NCBI GenBank assembly: GCA_016839585.1
Contig: JAEOTZ010000042.1
Coordinates: forward strand, 3,859 to 67,858
From: Promethearchaeota archaeon
GTDB taxonomy: Archaea; Asgardarchaeota; Lokiarchaeia; Sigyniarchaeales; SOKP01
DNA: 64,000 nt
Direction of reading: 5' to 3'
Part shown: one piece after another, positions 46,874-56,100 of the stretch
Numbering within the stretch: the stretch's first letter is position 1
Layout of the letters: every line of letters starts with the position of its first letter
Position numbers and translations under genes: made by a program
Notes under the pieces: model-generated
What the model was told of the DNA's origin: nothing
The model's database searches: none
What the model saw: the letters and a program-made list of their open reading frames with translations, nothing else

Positions 46874-47638
46874 TCAATTATTTTGAGTATTAGTAGAATT
46901 CAAATATTTTTTTAATTTCATAAATACTTCTGTTGCTTTTCCTTTTAAAAGAATATCGACAATTGTCTGAGTATATTTGGTTGGTTCAATATTGACTTCA
47001 ATAATTCGTGCACCTTTTTCTCTTGCAACATACGGAATTAAAGAAGCAGGAAATATTTCTCCAGTCGTCCCGACTAATATAAATAGTTCTGCCATTGATG
47101 TATACTTATTAGAAAGAATCTGAGTTTCAGGTGGAATTGGTTCATTAAAAAATACAAAATTAGGTTTTAGCAAACCATCACAATGGGGGCAATGAGGAGG
47201 TAATTTTTCTTTATTTATAAGTTTATTACTATTAACTTTTTGAGCACAATTTAAACAAGTTAAGGTTCTTGATGTTCCATGATATTCAACAATATTTTTA
47301 CTTCCAGCATTTTGATGTAGATTATCTATATTTTGGGTAATTATTGCATTAATTAACCCTTTTTTTTCTAATTCTGCAATTATATAATGAGCGTCATTTG
47401 GATTTGCTTTATTGAAAAAATCATAAAAAATCTTATATATTAATTCCCAGGATTCTTTTGGATGTTCCTTAAAATAGCTCATTAATAAAAAAGATGGATT
47501 ATATTTGCTCCATAGCCCATTTTCACCGCGAAAGGGTGGGATCCCGCTTTCGACGGAAATTCCTGCCCCTGTAAAAAGTACAGTATATTTGGATTCTAAA
47601 ATCCATTCTGCAGCTAATTGATAGTCATCAATTTTCAA
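46874..47638 (-). CDS. cobB: NAD-dependent protein deacylase (Sir2/CobB sirtuin)
   Basis: 254 aa. It has FTGAGISVESGIPPFRG, QNIDNLH and a zinc ribbon (CLNC...CPHC). Confidence 0.9.
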   Translation of the reverse strand: MKIDDYQLAAEWILESKYTVLFTGAGISVESGIPPFRGENGLWSKYNPSFLLMSYFKEHPKESWELIYKIFYDFFNKANPNDAHYIIAELEKKGLINAIITQNIDNLHQNAGSKNIVEYHGTSRTLTCLNCAQKVNSNKLINKEKLPPHCPHCDGLLKPNFVFFNEPIPPETQILSNKYTSMAELFILVGTTGEIFPASLIPYVAREKGARIIEVNIEPTKYTQTIVDILLKGKATEVFMKLKKYLNSTNTQNN

Positions 47639-47676
47639 GCTAAATTCACTTTTTAGACAAAATTAATAGTAATATA

Positions 47677-47919
47677 ATGTATATAAATGATATGGAGAAA
47701 AATTTTTGTCGCTGGTATGATAAAACCTCAGCAATAAAACGAGCTTATGATAAAGGATTAATCAATAAGAAATGGGTTGAAAATTATTGTTGGACTGGTG
47801 GAAAAAATTGTGTTAGAAAAAGAAGATTTGAAAGGGAAGGATATGTATCTCCTAATTATGTTCTTCCAGATGGAACTGAAGATTCTAAGTTAAAAGAATA
47901 TTATTCTAATATTCATTAA
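47677..47919 (+). CDS. Small Cys-containing hypothetical protein
   Basis: 80 aa. The ORF is intact but I recognised no family. Confidence 0.3.
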   Translation: MYINDMEKNFCRWYDKTSAIKRAYDKGLINKKWVENYCWTGGKNCVRKRRFEREGYVSPNYVLPDGTEDSKLKEYYSNIH

Positions 47920-48002
47920 ACCTGTTAAAATTAACCCTATTAATTAAAAAATCATAAGAACTTTTAAAAAAGCTTAAATTTCTCCTTATTTATTTTCGAA
48001 TT

Positions 48003-48578
48003 ATGGCAAAGAAAAAAGAGATTGATCCTAAAAATTATGCACTATGTTTCATTCCCGTACCTGTTTACCTTATTTCTACAATAAGTGAAGATAATATCTT
48101 TAACATTGCTCCTTATGGAATGGTAATGCCTGTTTCTTATAACCCATTAATTATTAGTGTCGGATCTGCGAGAAATAGAGATACTTATAAAAATATTGTG
48201 GATACTCATGAATTTGTATTAAATGTTCCAAGTACTGAACTTTTGAGGAAAGTAAATAGAACTGCCGATCCCATTCCATCGGAGGATGACGAATTTATTC
48301 ATGCCGGACTAACCCCTATCGATTCAAAAACTGTTAAAGCTCCAAGGATTAAAGAATGTAGCGCTCATTTTGAATGTAAAACGATTTGGATAAGGGAAAT
48401 ATCAAAAGAAGCTAAAAATAGGGATATAATAATAGCAAAAGTAGTTGCTTTATCTCTTGACAAAAATCTTTTTTTAAAAAACATATGTAAACAAAAAGGA
48501 CTTATGAGTCCCATATATTATGAGAGAGATTCATATTTTACTCTTGGATCTTATATAGGAAATCGAAGAATGAGATGA
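48003..48578 (+). CDS. Flavin reductase-like FMN-binding domain protein (flavoredoxin-like)
   Basis: 191 aa. The pattern ...ISTISEDNIFNIAPYGMVMPVSYNPLIISVG...HEFVLNVP is typical of the Flavin_Reduct domain. Confidence 0.65.
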   Translation: MAKKKEIDPKNYALCFIPVPVYLISTISEDNIFNIAPYGMVMPVSYNPLIISVGSARNRDTYKNIVDTHEFVLNVPSTELLRKVNRTADPIPSEDDEFIHAGLTPIDSKTVKAPRIKECSAHFECKTIWIREISKEAKNRDIIIAKVVALSLDKNLFLKNICKQKGLMSPIYYERDSYFTLGSYIGNRRMR

Positions 48579-48685
48579 ATAAAATAATATTATGTTAATC
48601 TGTTCCATGAATATTCTTAAACAGGAAGTTATATCATCCATATGAACCGGAATTGATAATATCATAACCTTTGTTTTCTTTAATT

Positions 48686-49327
48686 TTAAATCTCTCCATT
48701 TTCCCTTAAAGTATCGATCCATTTCGTCATTAATTGAAGAAATTGGTGCCTTGCGGTTCTGATATGTTCAGGAAGTTGGCTAACTAGTTTTCTCTTTTCT
48801 TCCATACCGTTGTCTTTGCAGTCCCATATTTTATTAGTCCCACAAAAACAGAGAGGCATATCTGATTTTCCATCCCAGTTCTCTGTAGTGAAAAATCCAA
48901 GTTTTTTAAGTGGTTTATCAATTGTTACATCTATCTGTATCCATTTCCCATTTACTAGAATTTTAATATAGTTATGAAAGTCTATAATTTCATTCTGTTT
49001 TAGCATATATTTTAAATCTTCAGAAAAGTTTACTATTTCATATCTCCCTGTAGGAAACCATATCAAATCCTTCCAACGTTGCATACAGATCATATCTTTT
49101 GTTTTTAATTCGATACCTTTATATAACTCTCTTAATAGGAAATGTTTTCCTGAACATGTACCTTTATTTGATTTATAAATATCCATAGGATTTCTAGAAC
49201 CGATGCTACCAAAGCGAATATCCCTTACTTTTTCAAAAACTTTTACTATTTGATCATCTATGGATAATTCGTAAATATCCCATGTTTTTAGAATTTTAAT
49301 TCTTTCTTTTTGACTTAAAAACTCCAT
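48686..49327 (-). CDS. Transglutaminase-like (papain-fold Cys-His-Asp) domain protein
   Basis: 213 aa. The candidate triad contexts are GTCSGKHFLL (Cys), DFHNY (His) and WIQIDVT (Asp). Confidence 0.45.
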   Translation of the reverse strand: MEFLSQKERIKILKTWDIYELSIDDQIVKVFEKVRDIRFGSIGSRNPMDIYKSNKGTCSGKHFLLRELYKGIELKTKDMICMQRWKDLIWFPTGRYEIVNFSEDLKYMLKQNEIIDFHNYIKILVNGKWIQIDVTIDKPLKKLGFFTTENWDGKSDMPLCFCGTNKIWDCKDNGMEEKRKLVSQLPEHIRTARHQFLQLMTKWIDTLRENGEI

Positions 49328-49377
49328 TTTAAAGAAACCTCCAATTTTTTCTAAACTTAATATAAAAGAAAAAAAAT

Positions 49378-50115
49378 TTAATACAATCTAAGAATCTGAC
49401 CACATGAATATTCCCCTAACCCCGAGAGCCAAAGATTTACTGTCCAAATGATTCTTTTAGGATCATTTTTATAATTAGGTCCAAGAGCTATTCCATTTAC
49501 AGAAACTCCTTGAGGGATAATATCTGCTGCTATTGAAGTCATCATTCCTGTAATTCCACTTGAGCAAGCACTTTCATGGATAGATCCGTTAAGTGTTATG
49601 TCTCCTTCTCCTTCTCCTTCTCCAGTATATCCATTGGTTGTATTAAAAAAAACTACTCTCCCACTTTCTGCTTGGATCATTAAGGGAACAACGGCTTTCA
49701 GCACTAAAAAGTAATTAACTATCCAATCTTGAAATAAGTAATCCCATGTTTCTAAAGATAGATCCTCTGGTTTTATATTACGTTTTACATCATCGATATA
49801 GTAAGAACAAATCAAATAGTTAATATCACCAAAATAGCTATATATTCCTTCAACAGCATCAATTATATTATCTTTATTACCAGATTTTACTATCTTATAA
49901 ATGACTTCATTGTATTTTTTTAAATTATCCACGTCTCCACTGTTTTTATGAGAATCAAGATCAATCAAACCTAGATTAACATTTTTTTGAGCAAGAAACT
50001 TACTGATCGTTTTTCCAACAAAACTATTTGCTCCAAATATAATACAATTCTGTCCTTTATAGAATTGATCCTTGATAATCTTCCACCTCTTTTTAAAGAT
50101 ATGTGATTCCTCCAT
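49378..50115 (-). CDS. Atypical short-chain dehydrogenase/reductase (SDR)-like protein lacking the YxxxK catalytic motif
   Basis: 245 aa. It has a Rossmann-like IIFGANSFVGK. Where YxxxK is expected it reads ACSSGITGMM, and it contains a GEGEGEG insertion. Confidence 0.5.
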   Translation of the reverse strand: MEESHIFKKRWKIIKDQFYKGQNCIIFGANSFVGKTISKFLAQKNVNLGLIDLDSHKNSGDVDNLKKYNEVIYKIVKSGNKDNIIDAVEGIYSYFGDINYLICSYYIDDVKRNIKPEDLSLETWDYLFQDWIVNYFLVLKAVVPLMIQAESGRVVFFNTTNGYTGEGEGEGDITLNGSIHESACSSGITGMMTSIAADIIPQGVSVNGIALGPNYKNDPKRIIWTVNLWLSGLGEYSCGQILRLY

Positions 50116-50884
50116 CCGAAAGGAGTGTCAAACCGTTAATTTTCGGTGATTTAGCTAAAGAAAAGTATACATATATCTCTGCCACCTCTTTTGGAGTTAT
50201 CATTTTACCGGTTCTGGATTTTTTGTTTAATTCTTCGATACCCTTTTCAACATCCACTCCTCTTGCTTTCATAACTCTCCTTATCATTGGAGTATCACAA
50301 TGCCTTAAGACTAAAGTAAACGTTCTAATATCATATTCTTTGTATTTTTTAGAGATGTACTTTGCTAAACCGATAAAACCAGATTTACCAGCAAGATATG
50401 GACAAGGAATTCCAGAAGAAGATAAAGGTGCCCCAGTAAAAAGTATCCTCCCCCATCTATTTTTCTTCATATAGGGAATTGCCATGAGAGTACAATACAT
50501 TGCACCAGAAAGATCAATCTTAATTGTTTTTAGAAACTCATCATAAGAAATTTCAGGAAAATCACCTTTACCGTGAACGGCAGCATTATTGATGAGAATA
50601 TCTACTCCCTCTTTTTCTTTTGATATCTTCTGGTACATATCTTTTACTTTTACTTTGCTTGAAATATCACATGGGACTGACATTGATCTTGGTTCTTCAT
50701 ATTGCTCATTTATATAATTAGCTAGTTCTACAGTACTTTTAATATCACAAATATAAACAAAAGATCCTAATTCTGCAAATCTTTTACAAATTGCTGAACC
50801 GATGCCGCCAGTTGCTCCTGTGACAAGAGTCACTTTCCCTTTTAAAGACTCTTTCTCTTCGTATGATACATTCTTCTTCTTCAT
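50093..50884 (-). CDS. Classical SDR family oxidoreductase
   Basis: 263 aa. It has TGATGGIGSAI, NNAA and YLAGK (YxxxK). It overlaps the downstream SDR-like gene by 23 nt. Confidence 0.8.
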   Translation of the reverse strand: MKKKNVSYEEKESLKGKVTLVTGATGGIGSAICKRFAELGSFVYICDIKSTVELANYINEQYEEPRSMSVPCDISSKVKVKDMYQKISKEKEGVDILINNAAVHGKGDFPEISYDEFLKTIKIDLSGAMYCTLMAIPYMKKNRWGRILFTGAPLSSSGIPCPYLAGKSGFIGLAKYISKKYKEYDIRTFTLVLRHCDTPMIRRVMKARGVDVEKGIEELNKKSRTGKMITPKEVAEIYVYFSLAKSPKINGLTLLSDGGITYL

Positions 50885-51210
50885 TTTAGTAAGTAGTAAA
50901 AAACTTGTTCATTTTTGATTTTTATGATCAGCATCTTTTTATTCCTTTCATTTTTTAATTCTGGTGGAGGTGATTAAAGAAAATGTGAAAGAAAGTAGAA
51001 CTTTTGTAGCTCTTATATTATAAGAAATATTCTTATCTTATAGTTGGAGGGTATATCTATTATCATAAGATTATTTTATCTGATTTTTTATTAGAATTTT
51101 TAGAAGCAAATACTTTATTCATGCTTTTATCAAGTTTTCAGTTAGAATTTTCAATATTTATGTATTTACAAATAAATCTTTAGATATTTATATATACACT
51201 TGGAATGTTA

Positions 51211-51651
51211 TCAATCACTTTTCTTTTTGAACTTCTTAATTGCTCTTCTTAAAGTTCTTACTGCTAATGTTGCACAATGCTTATGATCTTCTGGTAAGCC
51301 ACCCAAAGAAACATCGATATCTTCAGCTGTTAATTTTTCTGTAAATTCTAATGATTTTCCTTCAACAAGTATCGTAGTATGGCTAGCGGTTGCTACAGAA
51401 GCGCCACAGCCGTCTGTGATAAACCAAGCATTCTTTATAGTTTTATCTTTAATATTTAAAAAGAATGTCATTGTATCTCCACAAGGACCAGTATATGATT
51501 CTGTAATAGATACTTTATTATCAGGGGGTTTTCCCCAATTTTTGGGTTTATGAAATAAATCAACGATATATTCGTTATATTCTTCTATTTCCTTTTGTTT
51601 GATTTCTTCTTGAAGCTTTTTTACGAACTTCTCAAAATTGTCATCAACCAT
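51211..51651 (-). CDS. iscU: IscU/NifU N-terminal-like Fe-S cluster scaffold protein
   Basis: 146 aa with three conserved Cys contexts: GPCGD, TDGCGAS and HCATLA. Confidence 0.75.
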   Translation of the reverse strand: MVDDNFEKFVKKLQEEIKQKEIEEYNEYIVDLFHKPKNWGKPPDNKVSITESYTGPCGDTMTFFLNIKDKTIKNAWFITDGCGASVATASHTTILVEGKSLEFTEKLTAEDIDVSLGGLPEDHKHCATLAVRTLRRAIKKFKKKSD

Positions 51652-51828
51652 TTTTTTACCATTCGTATTCTAATATTCTTATTAAAAATATCATTTATAA
51701 TAATCACTCTTTTTAAAACAAAACATAAATTAGAAAAATATAGTAAATTTATCTTATACAGATAAATTAATGAATTTTATTTTAGAAAAATAATAACATC
51801 TAAGGATAGGATTACTAATAATTAGTAG

Positions 51829-53034
51829 GTGAATAACATTTCAGGGGATAAAATAAAAAATATAATTGCTATGGCAAATTATTGTTATAGTTGTAATCGA
51901 TGTGTTAATGTATGTCCACTTTCCCACATAGATGTTTTCTATCCCCAAAAATTGGTAGTAGATTTACTTTTTTCACCATTAAAAGAGGTTTTAGAAAATC
52001 ATAATATATGGGATTGTCTTACGTGTGGTCAATGCACCAATTACTGTCCAATGACTCAAGAAAGAGTTGGTGTGAGATTCCCAGAATTAATATTAGAATT
52101 GAGAAAACTAGCTTTTAATGACATAACTCAATTAGATAAAATCATTCAGTGTGAAACACATGATGAAATATTTCCACTCATTTCAAAAATTATGTCGGAT
52201 GATAACTTACATCCCAATAAATTGGAATTTTTGGAAAAGACCTCTTTAAAGACGATAAATTCAGGTGAAATTGCATATTTTGTTGGATGTTTACCTCTTA
52301 TGGAAACTATTTTTTATAAATCAGATATCAAATATATAAATACACCAAAGACTATAATAGGTCTACTTAATGAAGCAAATATCGTGCCGGTTGTATTGAA
52401 TGAAAAATGCTGTGGACATGATACTTTATGGAGAGGGGATATTAATACCTTTAAAAAGCTCGCCGAATATAATGTTAAACTTTATAGAGATGCTGGGGTT
52501 AAAACAATTATCTTAGGATGTGCTGAAGGATATAGGACTTGGAAGTTTGATTATCCAAAGATTATAAAAGATTATGACTTTAAGATTATACATTTCTCTG
52601 AGTTTTTTCTCAAAGAAAAAATCCTTGATAATGTTAGATTTCCACAAGAAACAAAGATAAAAGTTACATATCACGATGCATGCCGATTAGGACGCTTAGG
52701 AGGAAAATTATATGATGCTCCACGGGAATTACTTAAACAAATTCCTGGAGTTGAACTAATTGAAATGGAAAATATTAGAGATGATGCAAATTGCTGTGGG
52801 GTCTCAGCTTTTATGGGATGTAATGAATCAACTCGTATTTTTAGACAGAACCGCATTAATGAAGCATTGGAAACAGGGGCTGAATATTTACTTGTGCCTT
52901 GTCCAAAGTGTTTAACACATTTCGATTGTTATCTTAATGAACCATCCTTAGAAGATGATAATAAAAATTTAATAAATAAAATTAAAGTTGTAGATTTAGC
53001 AAGCTTTATTGGAGAATTACTTTTCCTTGTTTAG
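51829..53034 (+). CDS. hdrD: HdrD-like protein (2x[4Fe-4S] plus two CCG domains; HdrC-HdrB fusion type)
   Basis: 401 aa. It has CYSCNRCVNVCP and CLTCGQCTNYCP, then CCGHD and NCCGVSAF CCG motifs. The start is uncertain (GTG at 51829 or ATG at 51871). Confidence 0.75.
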   Translation: MNNISGDKIKNIIAMANYCYSCNRCVNVCPLSHIDVFYPQKLVVDLLFSPLKEVLENHNIWDCLTCGQCTNYCPMTQERVGVRFPELILELRKLAFNDITQLDKIIQCETHDEIFPLISKIMSDDNLHPNKLEFLEKTSLKTINSGEIAYFVGCLPLMETIFYKSDIKYINTPKTIIGLLNEANIVPVVLNEKCCGHDTLWRGDINTFKKLAEYNVKLYRDAGVKTIILGCAEGYRTWKFDYPKIIKDYDFKIIHFSEFFLKEKILDNVRFPQETKIKVTYHDACRLGRLGGKLYDAPRELLKQIPGVELIEMENIRDDANCCGVSAFMGCNESTRIFRQNRINEALETGAEYLLVPCPKCLTHFDCYLNEPSLEDDNKNLINKIKVVDLASFIGELLFLV

Positions 53035-53122
53035 AAACGACAAAGTGTATAAAAAATGATATATAACTTTTTTTTAAAAAACCGTATGAACTTAAGGAAT
53101 TTTCAATAATAGAGGGATATAA

Positions 53123-56100
53123 TTGAGCGAAAAAAATAAAGTGGGGTCTGTAATGATTGTTGGAGCAGGGATAGGGGGATGCCAAGCGGCATTAGACTTA
53201 GCAGATTCTGGTATCAAGGTCTATCTTGTTGACAAGGAACCTTCCATCGGAGGAGTTATGGCCCAATTAGATAAAACATTCCCAACAAATGACTGTTCGA
53301 TGTGCATTTTAGCTCCAAAACTCGTAGCTGTAGATAGACATCCTAATATTGAATTGATTACCTATGCAGATGTCCTAAATCTGGAGGGTGAAGCGGGTAA
53401 TTTTAATGCAACGATTAATAAAAAAACAAGATATATTCATGAAGATAAATGTACGGGTTGTGGGGATTGCGTTCAGGAATGCCCTGTTCAAGTTCCTGAT
53501 GAATTCAATCAGAAATTGAATAATAGAAAGGCAATATATCTTCAATTTCCCCAAGCTGTTCCTTTTAAAGTATTAATTGATAAGCAAGGGATTCCTCCTT
53601 GTAAGGATGCGTGTCCTGCTCACGTAAATGCCCAAGGATATATTGCTTTAATTTCTAAAAAAAGTTATCAAGAAGCCTTGAATCTAATTAGAGAAAGATG
53701 TCCCCTACCCTCTGTTATAGGTCGCATTTGTCCTCGATTCTGTGAAATGGTGTGTAATAGAGCTGAATTAGATACTCCTATTAATATCTGCGGTTTAAAA
53801 AGATTTGTAGCTGATTATGTAAGGGATAATCTTGAGGAAGAGATCATATTCTTAGAAGATCAAAAGGAAGAAAAGGTTGCCATTGTTGGCTCAGGTCCAG
53901 CTGGACTTACTGTTGCATATCATCTTGCAAGACGTGGATATTCCGTAACTATTTTTGAAAAAGAAGCTTTTGCTGGTGGAATGCTAAGACTAGGGATTCC
54001 AGATTACAGGTTACCCCCAGATATTTTAGAAAGTGATATTGAACATATTAAGAAATTTGGGGTTGAGATAAAAACTAATACACCAATAGGTTCTGATTTA
54101 ACTTTTGAAGATTTGAAAAAACAGGGTTTTAAAGCTATATTTATAGCTATAGGTCTTCATAATAGTCGTAAAATGGATTTTGAATGTAAAGATATTGAAG
54201 ATGTAATATATGGTGTTGAGTTTCTAAAAGAATTAAATTTATCCAGAAATGTACCTAATCTTAAAGATAAAATTGTAGGAGTAGTGGGCGGAGGAGATGT
54301 TGCAATGGATGCAGCACGATCATCAATAAGATTAGGCGCTAAAAAAGTCATAATTATCTATAGACGATCTGAACAAGAAATGCCCGCTTCAAGGGAAGAA
54401 ATAGAAAGAGCAAGAGAAGAGGGTATTGAATTCAAATTTTTAACAGTTCCTACCAGAGATGCCAGTGGTAAGGGGGGTAAACTTTCTGAAATTGAATGTG
54501 TTGAAATGAAACTTGGTGAACCGGATGAATCTGGAAGGCGAAGACCTATTTCAATTGAAGGTTCTGAATTCAAAATGAAGATAGATACTTTAATCCTTTC
54601 TATAGGACAAGAACCAGATTGCTCTCTAATAGAATCTGCTTCTAAAAAGAAATTAAATATTAATAAATGGGGTTACATTGAATCAGATAAAATATCTTTT
54701 GAAACTAATATCCCTGGCGTGTTTGCTGGTGGAGAGATCGTTGAGGGCGCTGGTTCTGCTATAGAAGCGATAGCAACAGGAAATAAAGCTGCTATAGTGA
54801 TAGAGAAATATCTAAAAGGAGAAGATATTTCCGAATTAAAAGAAACCATTCCAGATTATAAAGTAACGGATATAATTACTAGTGCTGGTATTCAAGATAT
54901 TGAGAGTTTTTCATGTCAAGATAGGAATGAGTTCACAATATGTCTACCAGAGGAACGTATATACAATTTTAATGAAGTCGCTAATGGTATGGATGAAGAA
55001 TCTTCTATTGAAGAAGCATTACGTTGTCTCAATTGCGGATCTTGCTGTGAGTGCTTTGAATGCGTGAGAGCATGTCAAGCTGACGCTGTTGATCATAGCT
55101 TAACTGATGAGACTATTTCTATCAATATTGGGGCTGTGATATTAGCTCTTGGCTCTGATGAATATAGACCAAAAATAGGGAATGTTTATGGATATGGTGA
55201 ATATCCAAATGTTATAACAAGTATAGAATTAGAACGTATACTCAATGCATCTGGTCCATTTAATGGAGAAGTCATTCGTCTTTCAGATAACACACATCCT
55301 AAAAAAATAGCATTTCTGCAATGTATTGGTTCTCGAGATAAAAAAATAGGTCATGAATATTGTTCTTCAATGTGTTGTATGTATACTACAAAAGAGGCTG
55401 TTATAGCTAAAGAGCATTTGAGTACTCTTGAACCCACTATTTTTAGCATGGATATAAGAGCATACGGAAAAGATTTTGACAAATATATTGAACGAGCTAA
55501 AGAAGATTATGGTGTAAGATATATTAGAAGTAGAATAGCTGCTATTAAAGAAATACCGGAATCTAATGATTTAAAAATTAGGTATGAGACTGAAGAAGGA
55601 AAAATTATCGAAGAAATTTTTAACATGGTTGTTCTGTCCGTAGGATTACAACCTAATCCAAATACTGCAGCATTTGCAAAAAAATTAAATATTGAATTAA
55701 ATGAATATGGTTTTTGTAAGACTACCAATTTTAATCCAATTGAGACTTCGCGACCAGGAATATATGTATGCGGAACATTTAAAGAGCCTAAGGATATTCC
55801 AGAAACCGTTATTGAAGCTAGTGCGGCTGCTGGAGCTGTTAATGTTCTATTATCTGATGTTAGAAATACATTAATTGCTGAAAAGAAAGATTATGAAGAA
55901 ATTGACATCAGTGGAGAGCCACCTCGAATTGGAGTCTTTATTTGCCATTGTGGAATTAATATTGGAGGTGTTGTTGATGTTCCTGAAGTAGTTGAATACG
56001 CAAGCAAATTACCAGATGTAGTTTATTCTGAAAGAAATTTATATACTTGCTCAGCTGATACACAAACGATTATTAAAGAAAAAATAAAAGAAAATCATTT

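Noticed and set aside
46874-47638. The Sir2-domain gene as a possible SIR2-type antiphage defence effector.
   Set aside because: It has the full canonical sirtuin deacylase motif set, a zinc ribbon and a normal length. It has no fused sensor or effector domain and no typical defence partner genes next to it. Housekeeping CobB/Sir2 is the simpler call.
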